From the NCBI GenBank assembly GCA_030390025.1, contig JASTWF010000325.1, forward strand, positions 310,001 to 374,000: a stretch of 64,000 nucleotides of DNA, given 5' to 3'. This DNA comes from Squalus acanthias (Eukaryota). Positions 49,941 to 61,731 of this stretch are shown here, piece after piece. Made by a program: the position numbers and the translations under genes. Each line of letters starts with the position of its first letter. The stretch's first letter is position 1. The notes beneath the pieces were generated by a model. That model saw nothing but the letters and a program-made list of their open reading frames with translations. It was not told where the DNA came from and searched no databases.

Positions 49941-51300
49941 CTTAGAAAATCATAATATGATTGGACAGAGTCAACACGGATTTACGAAAGGGAAATCGTG
50001 TTTGACAAATCTGTTAGTTTTTTGAGGTTGTAACCAGCAGGGTAGATAAGGGGGAACCAGCGGATGTGGTGTATTTGGATTTTCAAAAAGCATTCCATAA
50101 GGTGCCACACAAGACGTAATTACACAATATTAGGGCTCATGGGATTGGGGGTAATATATCAGCATGGATTGAGGATTGGTTAACGGACAGAAAACAGAGT
50201 AGGAATAAACGGGTCATTTTCAGGTTGTAGCTAGTGGGGTACCACAAGGATCAGTGCTTGGGCCTCAGTTATTTACAATCTATACCAGTGACTTGGATGA
50301 GGGGACTGAGTGTAATGTATCGAAGTTTGCTGATGATATAAAGCTGGGTGGGAAAGCAAGCTGTGAGGAAGCTGTAAAGGGATATAGACAGGTTAAATGA
50401 GTGGGCAAGAACATGGTGCACGAATAACTGAAAGTTAACTTGCAGGTACAGCAAGCAATTAGGAAAGCAAATTGTATGTTAGCCTTTATTACAAAGGGAT
50501 TGGAGTATAAGAGTAAAGAAGCCTTACTGCAATTATATAGGGCCCTGGTGAGACCACACCTGGAATGTTGTGTACAGTTTTGGTCTCCTTACCTAAGGAA
50601 GGATATACTTGCCATAGAGGGAGTGCAACGAAGGTTCACCAGACTGGTTCCTGGGATGGGGGGATTGTCCTATGAGGAGAGATTGAGTAGACTAGGCCTA
50701 TATTCTCTAGAGTTTAGAAGAATGAGAGGTGATCTCATTGAAACATACAAAATTCTTACAGAGCTTGACAGGGTAGATGCAGGGAGGATGTTTCCCCTGG
50801 CTGGGGAGTCTCGAACCAGGGGTCAGAGTCTCAGAATAAGGGGTCGGCCATTTAGGGCTGAGATGAGGAGAAATTTCTTCACTCAGAGGGTGGTGAATCT
50901 TTGGAATTCTCTACCCCAGAGGGCTGTGGAGGTTCAGTCGTTGAGTATATCAAGACCGAGATCGATAGATTTTTGGATACTAAGGGAATCGATTGATATG
51001 GGGATAGTGCAGGAAAGTGAAGATGAGGTAGAAGATCAGCCATGATCTTATTGAATGGCGGAGCAGGCTCGAGGGGCCAAATGGCCGACTCCTGCTCCTA
51101 TTTCTTATGTTTTTCTGTCCTGGCCAAAATTTATCTAGGATCCTATTAGTGATTTATTGCTAGCTCCTCCCATCTCCCTGTCCTTGTTCCCTGCTCCAGT
51201 AAGTACTCTGCAGACTCACTCCGATTACCCACTCCATCAGTTATAGACACAAACTGAAAACTGCTTTCGGAAAACCAAGAGTTCCAGTCTGACAATTACT

Positions 51301-52700
51301 ACAACAACTTGTATTTATATAGCGCCTTTAACATAGTAAAACGTCCCAAGGCACTTCACAGGAGCGTTACCAAACCGAATTCGACACCGAGTCACATAAA
51401 GAGATATTAGGTTGGGCCCCGACTCCACTAGGTGTATCGAGGAGGCTCAGGCACGTGGGGCGATCCCATCCGAGCTGACCCCCGTTCGGACGGAATTCCT
51501 TATCGGCGCCCGGCCCCGAATCCTCCCTCGGGAGCCGCCGCCTCACCACTTGAGCCTTCTTGGAGAAATGCCCTCCGTGCCCTTTCAACCCGCACGGAGG
51601 CGTTTCCTGTACGGGCTGCTCCTGCACACTCTCCACTTTGCCATCTTCATCTGCCGTCCGGACACGCCTTGGCGTACCATCTTGCCGTCCGGCGGAGGCG
51701 AAGGTCCCCAATGGAGGGCTCTCTACGCGGGAGTCTTCCCTTGTTCTATTGGGGACTTGGCCTGGAGGGTGTTGCACGGAGCAGTCCCGTGCAATAGTTT
51801 GTTAAGTAGGTTCACGGACTCCCAGGCCGCTTGCCATTTCTGCGGCCTGGAGGAGTCTGTGTTTCATGTTTATGTAGAGTGTGAGAGGTTGCAGCCCCTC
51901 TTTCATTACTTGAAGGGGCTGCTCCTCAATTTCTGGTTGCACTTCAGCCCCACGCTCCTGATCTACGGTCACCCGGTGCGGAGGGGAGCGGGCAGGTCGG
52001 AGGACCTCCTCGTGGGACTGCTCCTGGGCCTGGCTAAGAAAGCCATTAATTGGTCCAGGCAGCGGGCGGTCGAGGGGGTCGTTCGGCCTGATTGCCTGCC
52101 TCTCTTCCACGGCCATGTTCGCGCCCGGGTGGCCCTGGAGATGGAGCACGCGGTGTCCGCCGGCACGCTTGAGTTTTTCCGCGACCGGTGGGCGCCGCGG
52201 GGACTGGAGTGCATCGTCACCCCGGACTACCAAATTTTTATTTAATTTGTAAAAAAAAACAAAAAAAAAAAGAGATATTAGGGCAGGTGACCAAAAGCTT
52301 GGTCGAAGAGGTAGGTTTTAAGGAGGAAAGACAGGTAGAGAGGCAGAGAGAATTAGGGAAGGAATTCAGGAGCTTGGGTCCTCGGCAGCTGAAGGCACGG
52401 CCGCCAATGCTGGAGCGATTAAAATGAGGATGCACAAGAGGCCAGAATTGGAGGAGCGCAGATATCTCGAAGGGTTGTAGGGCTGGAGGAGGTTACAGAG
52501 ATGGGGAGGGGCGAGGCCGTGAAGATTTTTGAAGACAAGGATGAGAATTTTAAAATCGAGGCGTTCCTAGACTGGGAGGCGTTCCTAGACTGGGAGCCAA
52601 TGTAGGTCAGCGAGCACAGGGGTGATGGGTGAACGGGACTTGGTGTGAGTTAGGACACGGGCAGCAGAGTTTTGGATGGGCTGAAGTTCATGGAGGGTGG
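51301..52700 (-). mobile_element. L2-clade LINE 3' fragment split by an L1/Tx1 insertion
   Basis: Tail GCGCTATATAAATACAAGTTGTTGT on the minus strand and C-terminal remnant GGRAFSC.GPKL.NS. Similar to 30415-30770. Confidence 0.85.
51412..52268 (+). mobile_element. 5'-truncated L1/Tx1-clade LINE: ORF2 C-terminus with CCHC finger, poly(A) and TSD
   Basis: Open 277-codon frame 51412-52245 with DLAWRVLHGAV and CHFCGLEESVFHVYVEC. Poly(A) starts at 52251. TSD (AA)AGAGATATTAGG at 51398-51411 and 52269-52282. Confidence 0.92.
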
Positions 52701-53343
52701 AAGATGCACTCATTTGGGATTTTGTGAGTGCGATTCAGTTAAATTCCTCCACGCTCCAGCCACATTCCCGATGGCAATGTTCCAATAAAGCCAGTTCCTG
52801 CACTCGCACCGGGGAAGCATCCTGCTTATTGCAAAAAAAAACTGGAAGCAAAATGTCTTGTAGAAATAGGCCACAGCGGGGCAATGTCCCAGGAAGTTAA
52901 TTGCAGCGAAATAATGGTTTTTCAAAGCTGCCATTTTAGCAGTTTACTTCTTCTATTTAACTTCTGGGGGTTGGAACAATAATTAAAGCGGTAACTAACT
53001 GTCAGAAACCATCAGCCCATCTACAAACGTTGCTCTTGTGTTTGTACGTAAATCAACTTCCAGAGACAGTAACTGGAGCAGACACTCAGCCAATGCTCTG
53101 ACTCACGAGATTGGCTTCAGTCCTGCCTGCCTGCTGCTCTGAGCTTCACATTGAAAGCCTCCATGCCCTGATGAAACCGATTTTTAGTGAATCATGAACC
53201 AGAGGACAATGTGTTGAAAAATCGACCATCCATTCAAAGCACCGATTGTCTGTCTGACTTTCTGGTACAGAGGCTGTGATTCTCCTCACTCTTTCGCTCA
53301 TTCTGTGTCTGACTCTCTCTCTCTCTCTCTCTCTCTGGTACAG

Positions 53344-53487
53344 GTGGTTTGCGGGAAGTGCTCTGATTATAAAGCGAAGCTTCACTATGATGAGGACAGA
53401 CCCAACCGAGTGTGCCGGGATTGTCACAATGTGCTGAATGGAGAGCGCTGCACTGAGGAGAAGGAGAAAAAGAAGGGGATCCTGGAG
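53344..53487 (+). CDS. FGD2: FGD2-like exon, FYVE C-half: [48 protein letters not shown]
   Basis: (CT)n tract then gtacag| acceptor; GAG|gtaaca donor; 144 nt, phase 0-0. Contains CxxCS and RVCxxC. Confidence 0.93.
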
Positions 53488-53493
53488 GTAACA

Positions 53494-53553
53494 CAGGAGG
53501 AGGCCATTCAGCCCCTCCAGCCTGCTTCATCATTTTATTAGATCATGGCTGAT
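53494..53553 (-). mobile_element. Short CR1-type 3' tail fragment
   Basis: Reverse complement aligns with the CR1 end at about 51034-51092 (ATCAGCCATGATC...GAGGGGC..AATGGCC). Confidence 0.7.
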
Positions 53554-53624
53554 AATTCCTCCATTCCATTTCCCTTGATATCCTCACTCAACAAACATAT
53601 ATCTCGCCGGGGTGGGGAAGCTCC

Positions 53625-56600
53625 TGGGGGAGCACGCGCTGTGTGTGGAGGGGGAGCGCGGGGTGGCGTGGGCAGTGTGTGGGGGGGGGAGCGCGGGGTG
53701 GTGTGGGCCGTGTGTGGGGGGGGCGAGCGCGGGGTGGCGTGGGCCGTGTGTGGGGGGGGAGCGCAGGGTGCCTTGCGCTGTGTGTGTGGGGGGGGAGCGC
53801 GGGGTGCCTTGCGCCGTGTGTGGGGGGGGGAGCGCGGGGTGGTGTGGGCCGTGTGTGGGGGGGCGAGCGCGGGGTGGCGTGGGCCGTGTGTGGGGGGGGA
53901 GCGCGGGGTGCCTTGCGCCGTGTGTGTGGGGGGGGGGAGCGCGGGGTGCCTTGCGCCGTGTGTGGGGGGGGAGCGTGAGCCGTGTGTGGGGGGGGGAGCG
54001 CGGGGTGCCTTGCGCCGTGTGTGTGGGGGGGGGAGCGCAGGGTGCCTTGCGCCGTGTGTGTGGGGGGGGAGCGCAGGGTGCCTTGCGCCGTGTGTGTGGG
54101 GGGGGGAGCGCAGGGTGGCGTGGGCCGTGTGTGGGGGGGGGAGCGCAGGGTGGCGTGGGCCGTGTGGGGGGGGGAGCGCAGGGTGGCATGGGCCGTGTGT
54201 GGCGGGGGAGCGCGGGGTGGCATGGGCCGTGTGTGGGGGGGGAGCGCGGGGTGGCATGGGCCGTGTGTGGGGGGGGGAGCGCGGGGTGGCATGGGCCGTG
54301 TGTGGGGGGGGGAGCGCGGGGTGGCGTGAGCCGTGTGTGGGGGGGAGCGCGGGGTGGCGTGGGCCGTGTGTGGGAGGGGGAGGGCGGGGTGGCGTGGGCC
54401 GTGTGTGTGGGGGGGGGAGCGCAGGGTGACGTGGGCCGTGTGTGGGGGGGGGAGCGCAGGGTGGCGTGGGCCGTGTGGGGGGGGGAGCGCAGGGTGGCAT
54501 GGGCCGTGTGTGGGGGGGGGAGCGCGGGGTGGCATGGGCCGTGTGTGGGGGGGGAGCGCGGGGTGGCATGGGCCGTGTGTGGGGGGGGAGCGCGGGGTGG
54601 CATGGGCCGTGTGTGGGGGGGGGAGCGCGGGGTGGCATGGGCCGTGTGTGGGGGGGGAGCGCGGGGTGGCATGGGCCGTGTGTGGGGGGGGGAGCGCGGG
54701 GTGGCATGGGCCGTGTGTGGGGGGGGAGCGCGGGGTGCCTTGCGCCGTGTGTGGGGGGGAGCGCGGGGTGGCGTGGGCCGTGTGTGGGAGGGGGAGGGCG
54801 GGGTGGCGTGGGCCGTGTGTGGGGGGGGGGAGCGCAGGGTGGCGTGGGCCGTGTGTGGGGGGGGAGCGCGGGGGGGCCTGCACTGTGGGGGGGGGGAGCG
54901 CGGGGTGGCGTGCGCAGTGTGGGGGGGGGAAGCGCGGGGTGGCGTGCACTGTGTGCGGGGGGAAAACGGGGGTGGCGTGGGCCGTGTGTTGGGGGGGAAG
55001 CGCGGGGTGTCGTGCGCCGTGTGTGGGGGGGGAGCGCGGGGGTGGCGCGCGCTGTGTGTGGGGGGGGAGCGCGGGGTGGCGTTCGCTGTGTGTGGGGGGG
55101 AGCGCGGGGTGGCGTGCGCAGTGTGGGGGGGGGAGCGCGGGGTGGCGTGCACTGTGGGGGGGGGGAGCGCGGGGTGCCGTGCACTGTGGCGGGGGGAGCG
55201 CGGGGTGGCGTGCACTGTGTGCGGGGGGAAGCGCGGGGTGGCGTGCACTGTGGGGGGGGGAGCGCGGGGTGGCGTGCGCTGTGTGTGGAGGGGGAGTGCG
55301 GGGTGGCGTGCGCAGTGTGGGGGGGAGCGCGGGGTGGCGTGGGCCGTGTGTGGAGGGGGAGCGCGGGGTGCATTGCGCCGTGTGTGGGGGGGGGAGCGCG
55401 GGGTGGCGTGGGCCGTGTGTGGGGGGGGGAACGCGGCGTGGCATGGGCCGTGTGTGGGGGGGGAGCGCAGGGTGGCGTGGGCCGTGTGTGGGGGGGGGAG
55501 CGCAGTGTGGCGTGGGCCGTGTGTGGAGGGGGAGCGCGGGCCGTGTGTGGAGGGGGAGCGCGGGGTGTGTGGGGGGGGAGCGCGGGGTGGCGTGCACTGT
55601 AGTGGGGGGGAGCGCGGGGTGGCATGCGCAGTGTTGGGGGGGGAGCGCGGGGGTGGCGTGCGCAGTGTTGGGGGGGGAAGCGCGGGGTGGCGTGGGCCGT
55701 GTGTGGAGGGGGAGCGCGGGGTGCGTTGCGCCGTGTGTGGGGGGGGGGAGCGCGGGGGTGGCGTGGGCCGTGTGGGGGGGGGGAGCGCGGGGTGGCGTTG
55801 CGCCGTGTGTGGGGGGGGGGAGCGCAGGGTGGCGTGGGCCGTGTGTGGGGGGGGAGCGTGGGGTGGCGTGGGCCGTGTGTGGGGGGGGGAGCGCGGGGTG
55901 CGTTGCGCCGTGTGTGGGGGGGGGAGCGCGGGGTGGCGTGGGCCGTGTGTGGGGGGGGGAACGCGGCGTGGCATGGGCCGTGTGTGGGGGGGGAGCGCGG
56001 GGTGGCGTGCGCTGTGTGTGGAGGGGGAGCGCAGGGTGGCGTGGGCCGTGTGTGGGGGGGGGAGCGCAGTGTGGCGTGGGCCGTGTGTGGAGGGGGAGCG
56101 CAGGGTGGCGTGGGCCGTGTGTGGGGGGGGGAGCGCAGTGTGGCGTGGGCCGTGTGTGGAGGGGGAGCGCGGGCCGTGTGTGGAGGGGGAGCGCGGGGTG
56201 TGTGGGGGGGGAGCGCGGGGTGGCATGCGCAGTGTTGGGGGGGGAGCGCGGGGTGGCGTGCGCAGTGTTGGGGGGGGAAGCGCGGGGTGGCGTGGGCCGT
56301 GTGTGGAGGGGGAGCGCGGGGTGCATTGCGCCGTGTGTGGGGGGGGGAGCGCGGGGTGGCGTGGGCCGTGTGGGGGGGGGGAGCGCGGGGTGGCGTGCGC
56401 TGTGTGTGGAGGGGGAGCGCAGGGTGGCGTGGGCCGTGTGTGGGGGAGGAACGCAGTGTGGCGTGGGCCGTGTGTGGAGGGGGAGCGCGGGCCGTGTGTG
56501 GAGGGGGAGCGCGGGGTGTGTGGGGGGGGAGCGCGGGGTGGCGTGCGCAGTGTGGGGGGCGGAGCGCGGGGTGGCGTGCGCCGTGTGGGGGGGGGGAGCG

Positions 56601-59450
56601 CGGGGTGGCGTTGGCCGTGTGTGGGGGGGGAGCGCGGGGTGGCGTGCGCAGTGTGGGGGGCGGAGCGCGGGGTGGCGTGCGCCGTGTGGGGGGGGGAGCG
56701 CGGGGTGGCGTTGGCCGTGTGTGGAGGGGGAGCGCGGGGTGGCGTGCGCTGTGTGTGGATGGGGAGCGCAGGGTGGCGTGGGTCGTGTGTGGGGGGGGGG
56801 AGCGCAGTGTGGCGTGGGCCGTGTGTGGAGGGGGAGCGCGGGCCGTGTGTGGAGGGGGAGCGCGGGGTGTGTGGGGGGGGAGCGCGGGGTGGCGTGCGCA
56901 GTGTGGGGGGCGGAGCGCGGGGTGGCGTGCGCCGTGTGGGGGGGGAGCGCGGGGTGGCGTGGGCCGTGTGTGGAGGGGGAGCGCGGGGCGGCGTGGGCCG
57001 TGTGTGGGGGGGGAGCGCAGGGTGGCGTGCACTGTGTGAGGGGGGGAGCGCGGGGTGGCGTGCGCAGTGGGGAGCGCGGGGTGGCGTGCGCTGTGTGTGG
57101 TGGGGAGCGTGGGGTGGCGTGCACCGTGGGGGGGGGAGCGCGGTGTGGCGTGCACTGTGTGCGGGGGGAAGCGCGGGGTTGCGTGCACTGTGGGGGGGAG
57201 CGCGGGGTGGCGTGCACAGTGTGGGGGGGGAAGCGCGGGGGTGGCGTGCACTGTGTGCGGGGGGGAACGCGGGGTGGTGTGCGCTGTGTGTGAAGGGGGA
57301 GTGCGGGGTGGCGTGGGCCATGTGTGGAGGGGGAGCGCGGGGTGCCTTGCGCCGTGTGTGGGGGGGGGAGCGCGGGGTGGCGTGGGCCGTGTGTGGGGGG
57401 GGAGCGCGGGGTGGCGTGGGCCGTGTGTGGAGGGGGAGCTGGCGGTGCCTTGCGACGTGTGTGGGGGGGGGAGCGCGGGGTGGCGTGGGCCGTGTGTGGG
57501 GGGGAGCGCGGGGTGGCGTGGGCCGTGTGTGGGGGGGGAGCGCGGGGTGGCGTGGGCCATGTGTGGAGGGGGAGCGCAGGGTGCCTTGCGCCGTGTGTGG
57601 GGGGGGGAGCGCGGGGTGGCGTGGGCGTGTGTGGGGGGAGCGCGGGGTGGCGTGCGCTGTGTGTGCGGGGGGGGAGCGCGGGGTGGCGTGGGCCGTGTGT
57701 GGGGGGGGGAGCGCGGGGTGGCGTGGGCCGTGTGTGGGGGGGGGGAGCGCGGGGTGGCGTGGGCCGTGTGTGGGGGGGGAGCGCGGGGTGGCGTGGGCCG
57801 TGTGTGGGGGGGGGGAGCGCGGGGTGGCGTGCGCCGTGTGTGGGGGGGGGAGCGCAGGGTGGCGTGGGCCGTGTGTGGAGGGGGAGCGCGGGGTGTGTGG
57901 GGGGGGAGCGCGGGGGTGGCGTGCGCAGTGTGGGGGGTGGAAGCGCAGGGTGGCGTGCACTGTGTGCGGGGGGAACGCGGGGTGGCGTGGGCCGTGTGTG
58001 GAGGGGGAGCGCGGGGTGCGTTGCGCCGTGTGTGTGCGGGGGAGCCCGGGGTGGCGTGTGCTGTGTGAGGGGGGAGCGCGGGGTGGCGTGCGCTGTGTGT
58101 GGGGGGGAGCGTGGGGTGGCGTGCACTGTGTGCGGGGGGGAGCGCGGGGGTGGCGTGTGCTGTGTGAGGGGGGAGCGCGGGGTGGCGTGCACTGTTGGGG
58201 GGGAGCGCGGGTTGGCGTGCACTGTGCGGGGGGGGAGCGCGGGGGGGTGGCGTGCACTGTGTGCGGGGGGGGAGCGCGGGGGTGGCGTGCACTGTGTGCG
58301 GGGGGGAGCGCGGGGTGGCATGCGCTGTGTGTGGGGGGGAGCGCGGGGTGGCGTGCGCTGTGTGTGGGGGGAGCGCGTGGTGGCGTGCGCTGTGTGTGGG
58401 GGGGGGAGCGCGGGGTGGCGTGCGCTGTGTGTGGGGGGGGAGCGCGGGGGTGGCGTGCGCTGTGTGTGCGGGGGAGCGCGGGGTGGCGTGCGCTGTGTGT
58501 GGGGGGGAGCGCGGGGTGGCGTGCGCTGTGTGTGGGGGGGAGGGCGGGGTGGCGTGCGCTGTGTGTGGGGGGGAGCGCGGGGTGGCGTGCGCTGTGTGTG
58601 GGGGGGAGGGCGGGGTGGCGTGGGCCGTGTGTGGGGGGGGGAGCGCAGGGTGGCGTGGGCCGTGTGTGGAGGGGGAGCGCGGGGTGTGTGGGGGGGGAGC
58701 GCGGGGTGGCGTGCGCAGTGTGGGGGGTGGAAGCGCAGGGTGGCGTGCACTGTGTGCGGGGGGAACGCGGGGGTGGCGTGGGCCGTGTGTGGAGGGGGAG
58801 CGCGGGGTGCGTTGCGCCGTGTGTGTGCGGGGGAGCCCGGGGTGGCGTGTGCTGTGTGAGGGGGGAGCGCGGGGTGGCGTGCGCTGTGTGTGGGGGGGAG
58901 CGTGGGGTGGCGTGCACTGTGTGCGGGGGGGAGCGCGGGGTGGCGTGTGCTGTGTGAGGGGGGAGCGCGGGGGTGGCGTGCACTGTTGGGGGGGAGCGCG
59001 GGTTGGCGTGCACTGTGCGGGGGGGAGCGCGGGGTGGCGTGCACTGTGTGCGGGGGGGAGCGCGGGGTGGCGTGCACTGTGTGCGGGGGGGAGCGCGGGG
59101 TGGCATGCGCTGTGTGTGGGGGGGAGCGCGGGGTGGCGTGCGCTGTGTGTGGGGGGAGCGCGTGGTGGCGTGCGCTGTGTGTGGGGGGGGGGAGCGCGGG
59201 GTGGCGTGCGCTGTGTGTGGGGGGGAGCGCGGGGTGGCGTGCGCTGTGTGTGCGGGGGAGCGCGGGGTGGCGTGCGCTGTGTGTGGGGGGGAGCGCGGGG
59301 TGGCGTGCGCTGTGTGTGGGGGGGAGGGCGGGGGTGGCGTGCGCTGTGTGTGGGGGGGAGCGCGGGGTGGCGTGCGCTGTGTGTGGGGGGGAGGGCGGGG
59401 TGGCGTGCGCTGTGTGTGGGGGGGAGCACGGGGTGGCATGCGCTGTGTGA
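53625..59450. repeat. 5.8-kb G- and CpG-rich minisatellite, about 33-40 bp (Gn-AGCGCGGGGTGGCGTGGGCCGTGTGT)
   Basis: The unit is visible throughout. Variant zones shift from GGGCCG/CCTTGCG to GCGCTG/GCACTG from left to right. Confidence 0.98.
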
Positions 59451-59551
59451 AGGGAGTGCCCATGGGGAGGTGCGTGGCGTGTGTGAGTGTCAGAGCCGCG
59501 CGGTGCTCAGAGTTGACCTGTGACCTATGGAGTTATGTTCTCTGTTGACAG

Positions 59552-59695
59552 AAAGAGTCGGCTGGAGTCTCGGGGGACAACCTAATGTGCAGCTTCCTTC
59601 ACTGGGTGGAGAAAGGCGGAAAGCCGGGACTCAAGGCCTGGTTTGTCATTCCTCGCGACGATCCTTTGGTCCTCTACATGTACCGAGCCCCTCAG
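59552..59695 (+). CDS. FGD2: FGD2-like exon, PH2 N-half: [48 protein letters not shown]
   Basis: ttgacag| acceptor and CAG|gtaccc donor, 144 nt, phase 0-0. [16 protein letters not shown] is an FGD PH2 motif. Confidence 0.92.
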
Positions 59696-60084
59696 GTACC
59701 CGTGACCTTTGACTAGAGCAACAGATGCGCAGAGCTAGAAATTCATTTTAGCCCAGGAATGGGCGGTATCTTTAGAAAAGTTTGAGAATTAGCGCCAGGC
59801 GCTAAAGAGTGCACACAAAATTCGTGCCAACTGCTCAAAGAAATGATTGGAGCGCTAAATCAAGTGTTAAAGCCCAACTTCATTAGCGTTACAATCAAAG
59901 GGCGGACCAATATCGTGTGCAGTCTAATCGCAAGTCATCATTGCCACAGGCTATTTCCAGTTCTTAAAGCGGAGGTTCATTGATGCTGCAGAACCTCATT
60001 CTCAACATTGCTTGCTGTGCAGCTGTCTCAGCAAGCAGCAGCAGGTACAGTAGAAGAAGCCGGACGACTTGAGCAGCTGTACTG

Positions 60085-61731
60085 ATGGCAGATCCACGCC
60101 CCAGGGAGAGAGCCCGCAGATTCTGCGATCAAGCATTGGAGGCGTTGGTGTTCGCTGTGGAGAGATGGAGGGCGGTGCTCTACTCAGCAAGTGGCAGGAG
60201 GCCCTCGCCGCAAGTCTTCCGTGCCATGTGGAGGGAGCACATTGTGGGCGGTACTGTGGTCCCCAGGACTCTCTCACATTGCAGGAAGAAATTTAACGAC
60301 CTCACTCGGGTGGTCAGGGTGAGTCAATGCTTCACCAAATGCTACATACCACCGTCAGAACCACAGTCTGCACACATTGCCCAAAGCACCACACCCCCAG
60401 CACTCACCCACCAACAATCCCTACCTACCAACACTCACACCCACATCTCACACCTTGCACACAATGACAGCTATTCAACTATGGCAGGCACGTCACCCAA
60501 ACACATTGCTCCGCACTCACTCACACACTTTCCTTTCTCTTGCAGGCCAAGGTGGCTCACAACAGGAGGGAGCAGGAGCGCACAGGTGGGGGACAAGCCG
60601 ACACCAACCACTGTCTGCGCTGGAGACTCGAGTGCTGCAAATCATTGGGCACCAGGTGGTGGGCGCTGTGGTCACCGGCGACATTGACCCCCTTGGGGAC
60701 AACAACAGTATGTTCATCCCTACTCCTTCTCACATCCCACTTCCCCCTCACCCCACAAGTCTTTCGCACTTTCAAGCTACTCATGCTGCATGCATGCATT
60801 TCTCCCTTCCTGCCCCTCCTCCCCTCACCTTAACCCGACTCTTGTGCCTTTATGCTTTCAGATAATCAGCAAGCACCTGAGCAGCCTGTCCCTGAGGGCA
60901 TCGTTGAGAGCGAGGCAGGAGAAGAACCCACAGGCACCAGCTCAGATACTGGCACTACGTGTTCTTTAGAGGCTCGTATAGTAGCGGGATCTGCACTGGG
61001 TGATGCACCGGGGACAAGCGGGCTGCAGCAAGGCCAGGGGGAAAGGGTAGCTCAGGGGGCCAGCTCCCCGGAGGGCGAGTTCGCGTATGAGTTCTGCTGC
61101 ACAGGACTCTGATGAGGACCTTGATGGGGAGGCCTTTAGAAGAAGGGTGATGGGCATGCACACAGATGATCGGTGCAATGGCAAGGGTGCCCGAGAGCCT
61201 CTAGGCAATGGCAAGGAGTGTGGAGGAGTCCGCCTCCAACATTGCACAAGGCTCTGCGCACACCATGGAGCCCATCATTTCTAGCCTGCAAAGGATGGTC
61301 GACTCCCAGAGAGACCGTGGCGACCTGGACCTGATGCCGCGTGCGATGGGCGATCTGGCAGCTTCCATTGCAGCACAGGCGGAAGCGACACAACGTCTTA
61401 GTGCTGTAATACAGTCTATGTTTGGTGGCATCCAATCTCAGATTGCTCTCATGCCAGGGGAGTGGCAGTGGGTCAGTGGAGCCCTTGTCGCTGCCTGTCA
61501 TCCAGTCAGCTCAGACTGCTGCCACCCATACTGAGGTGGTGCAGTCTACAGCCGTGCCTTCCAGGCCCAGAGCTGGTCGAGGGCGTCCTGCAAGGCCATC
61601 TGAAGTCTCCCGCACGGACACTCAGCAGCCTTCCACAGCCGTGCTGCAGCCACTGGGCCAACACTTCGTAGGAGCACCAGAGTAGGCAAAGGCAAGTCCC
61701 AGAGGGGCACAAACTGATTGCACAAAGGTGA
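60085..61731 (+). pseudogene. Harbinger Myb/SANT-like DNA-binding protein, three exons (60085-60318, 60546-60707, 60862-about 61731), frameshifted
   Basis: RERARRF...LEALV..VE...W......RT...CRKKFNDL then |gtgagt. ttgcag|AKVAHNRREQERTGGG with a frameshift near 60603. Exon 3 frames are broken and its end is approximate. Confidence 0.82.

Larger units (their letters stand above)
45092..51112 (+). mobile_element. 5'-truncated, degenerate CR1-clade LINE; pieces 45092-45366, 49702-49816 and 49941-51112
   Basis: ORF2 motifs [74 protein letters not shown] and RRMRGDLIE. CR1-type 3' end CTCCTGCTCCTATTTCTTATG. Confidence 0.93.

Noticed and set aside
52558..52596. 18-bp direct repeat GAGGCGTTCCTAGACTGG x 2
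   Set aside because: A simple local duplication within L2 with nothing inserted between the copies.
52700..53280. Unassigned sequence before the FYVE C-half exon
   Set aside because: No recognisable motif or exon, and the flanking exons already join in frame. It cannot be classified without a search.
53538..59548. ORFs of 1781-1963 aa resembling extensin, mucin or formin
   Set aside because: They are open in several overlapping frames on both strands and cross variable G homopolymers, which is a compositional artefact.
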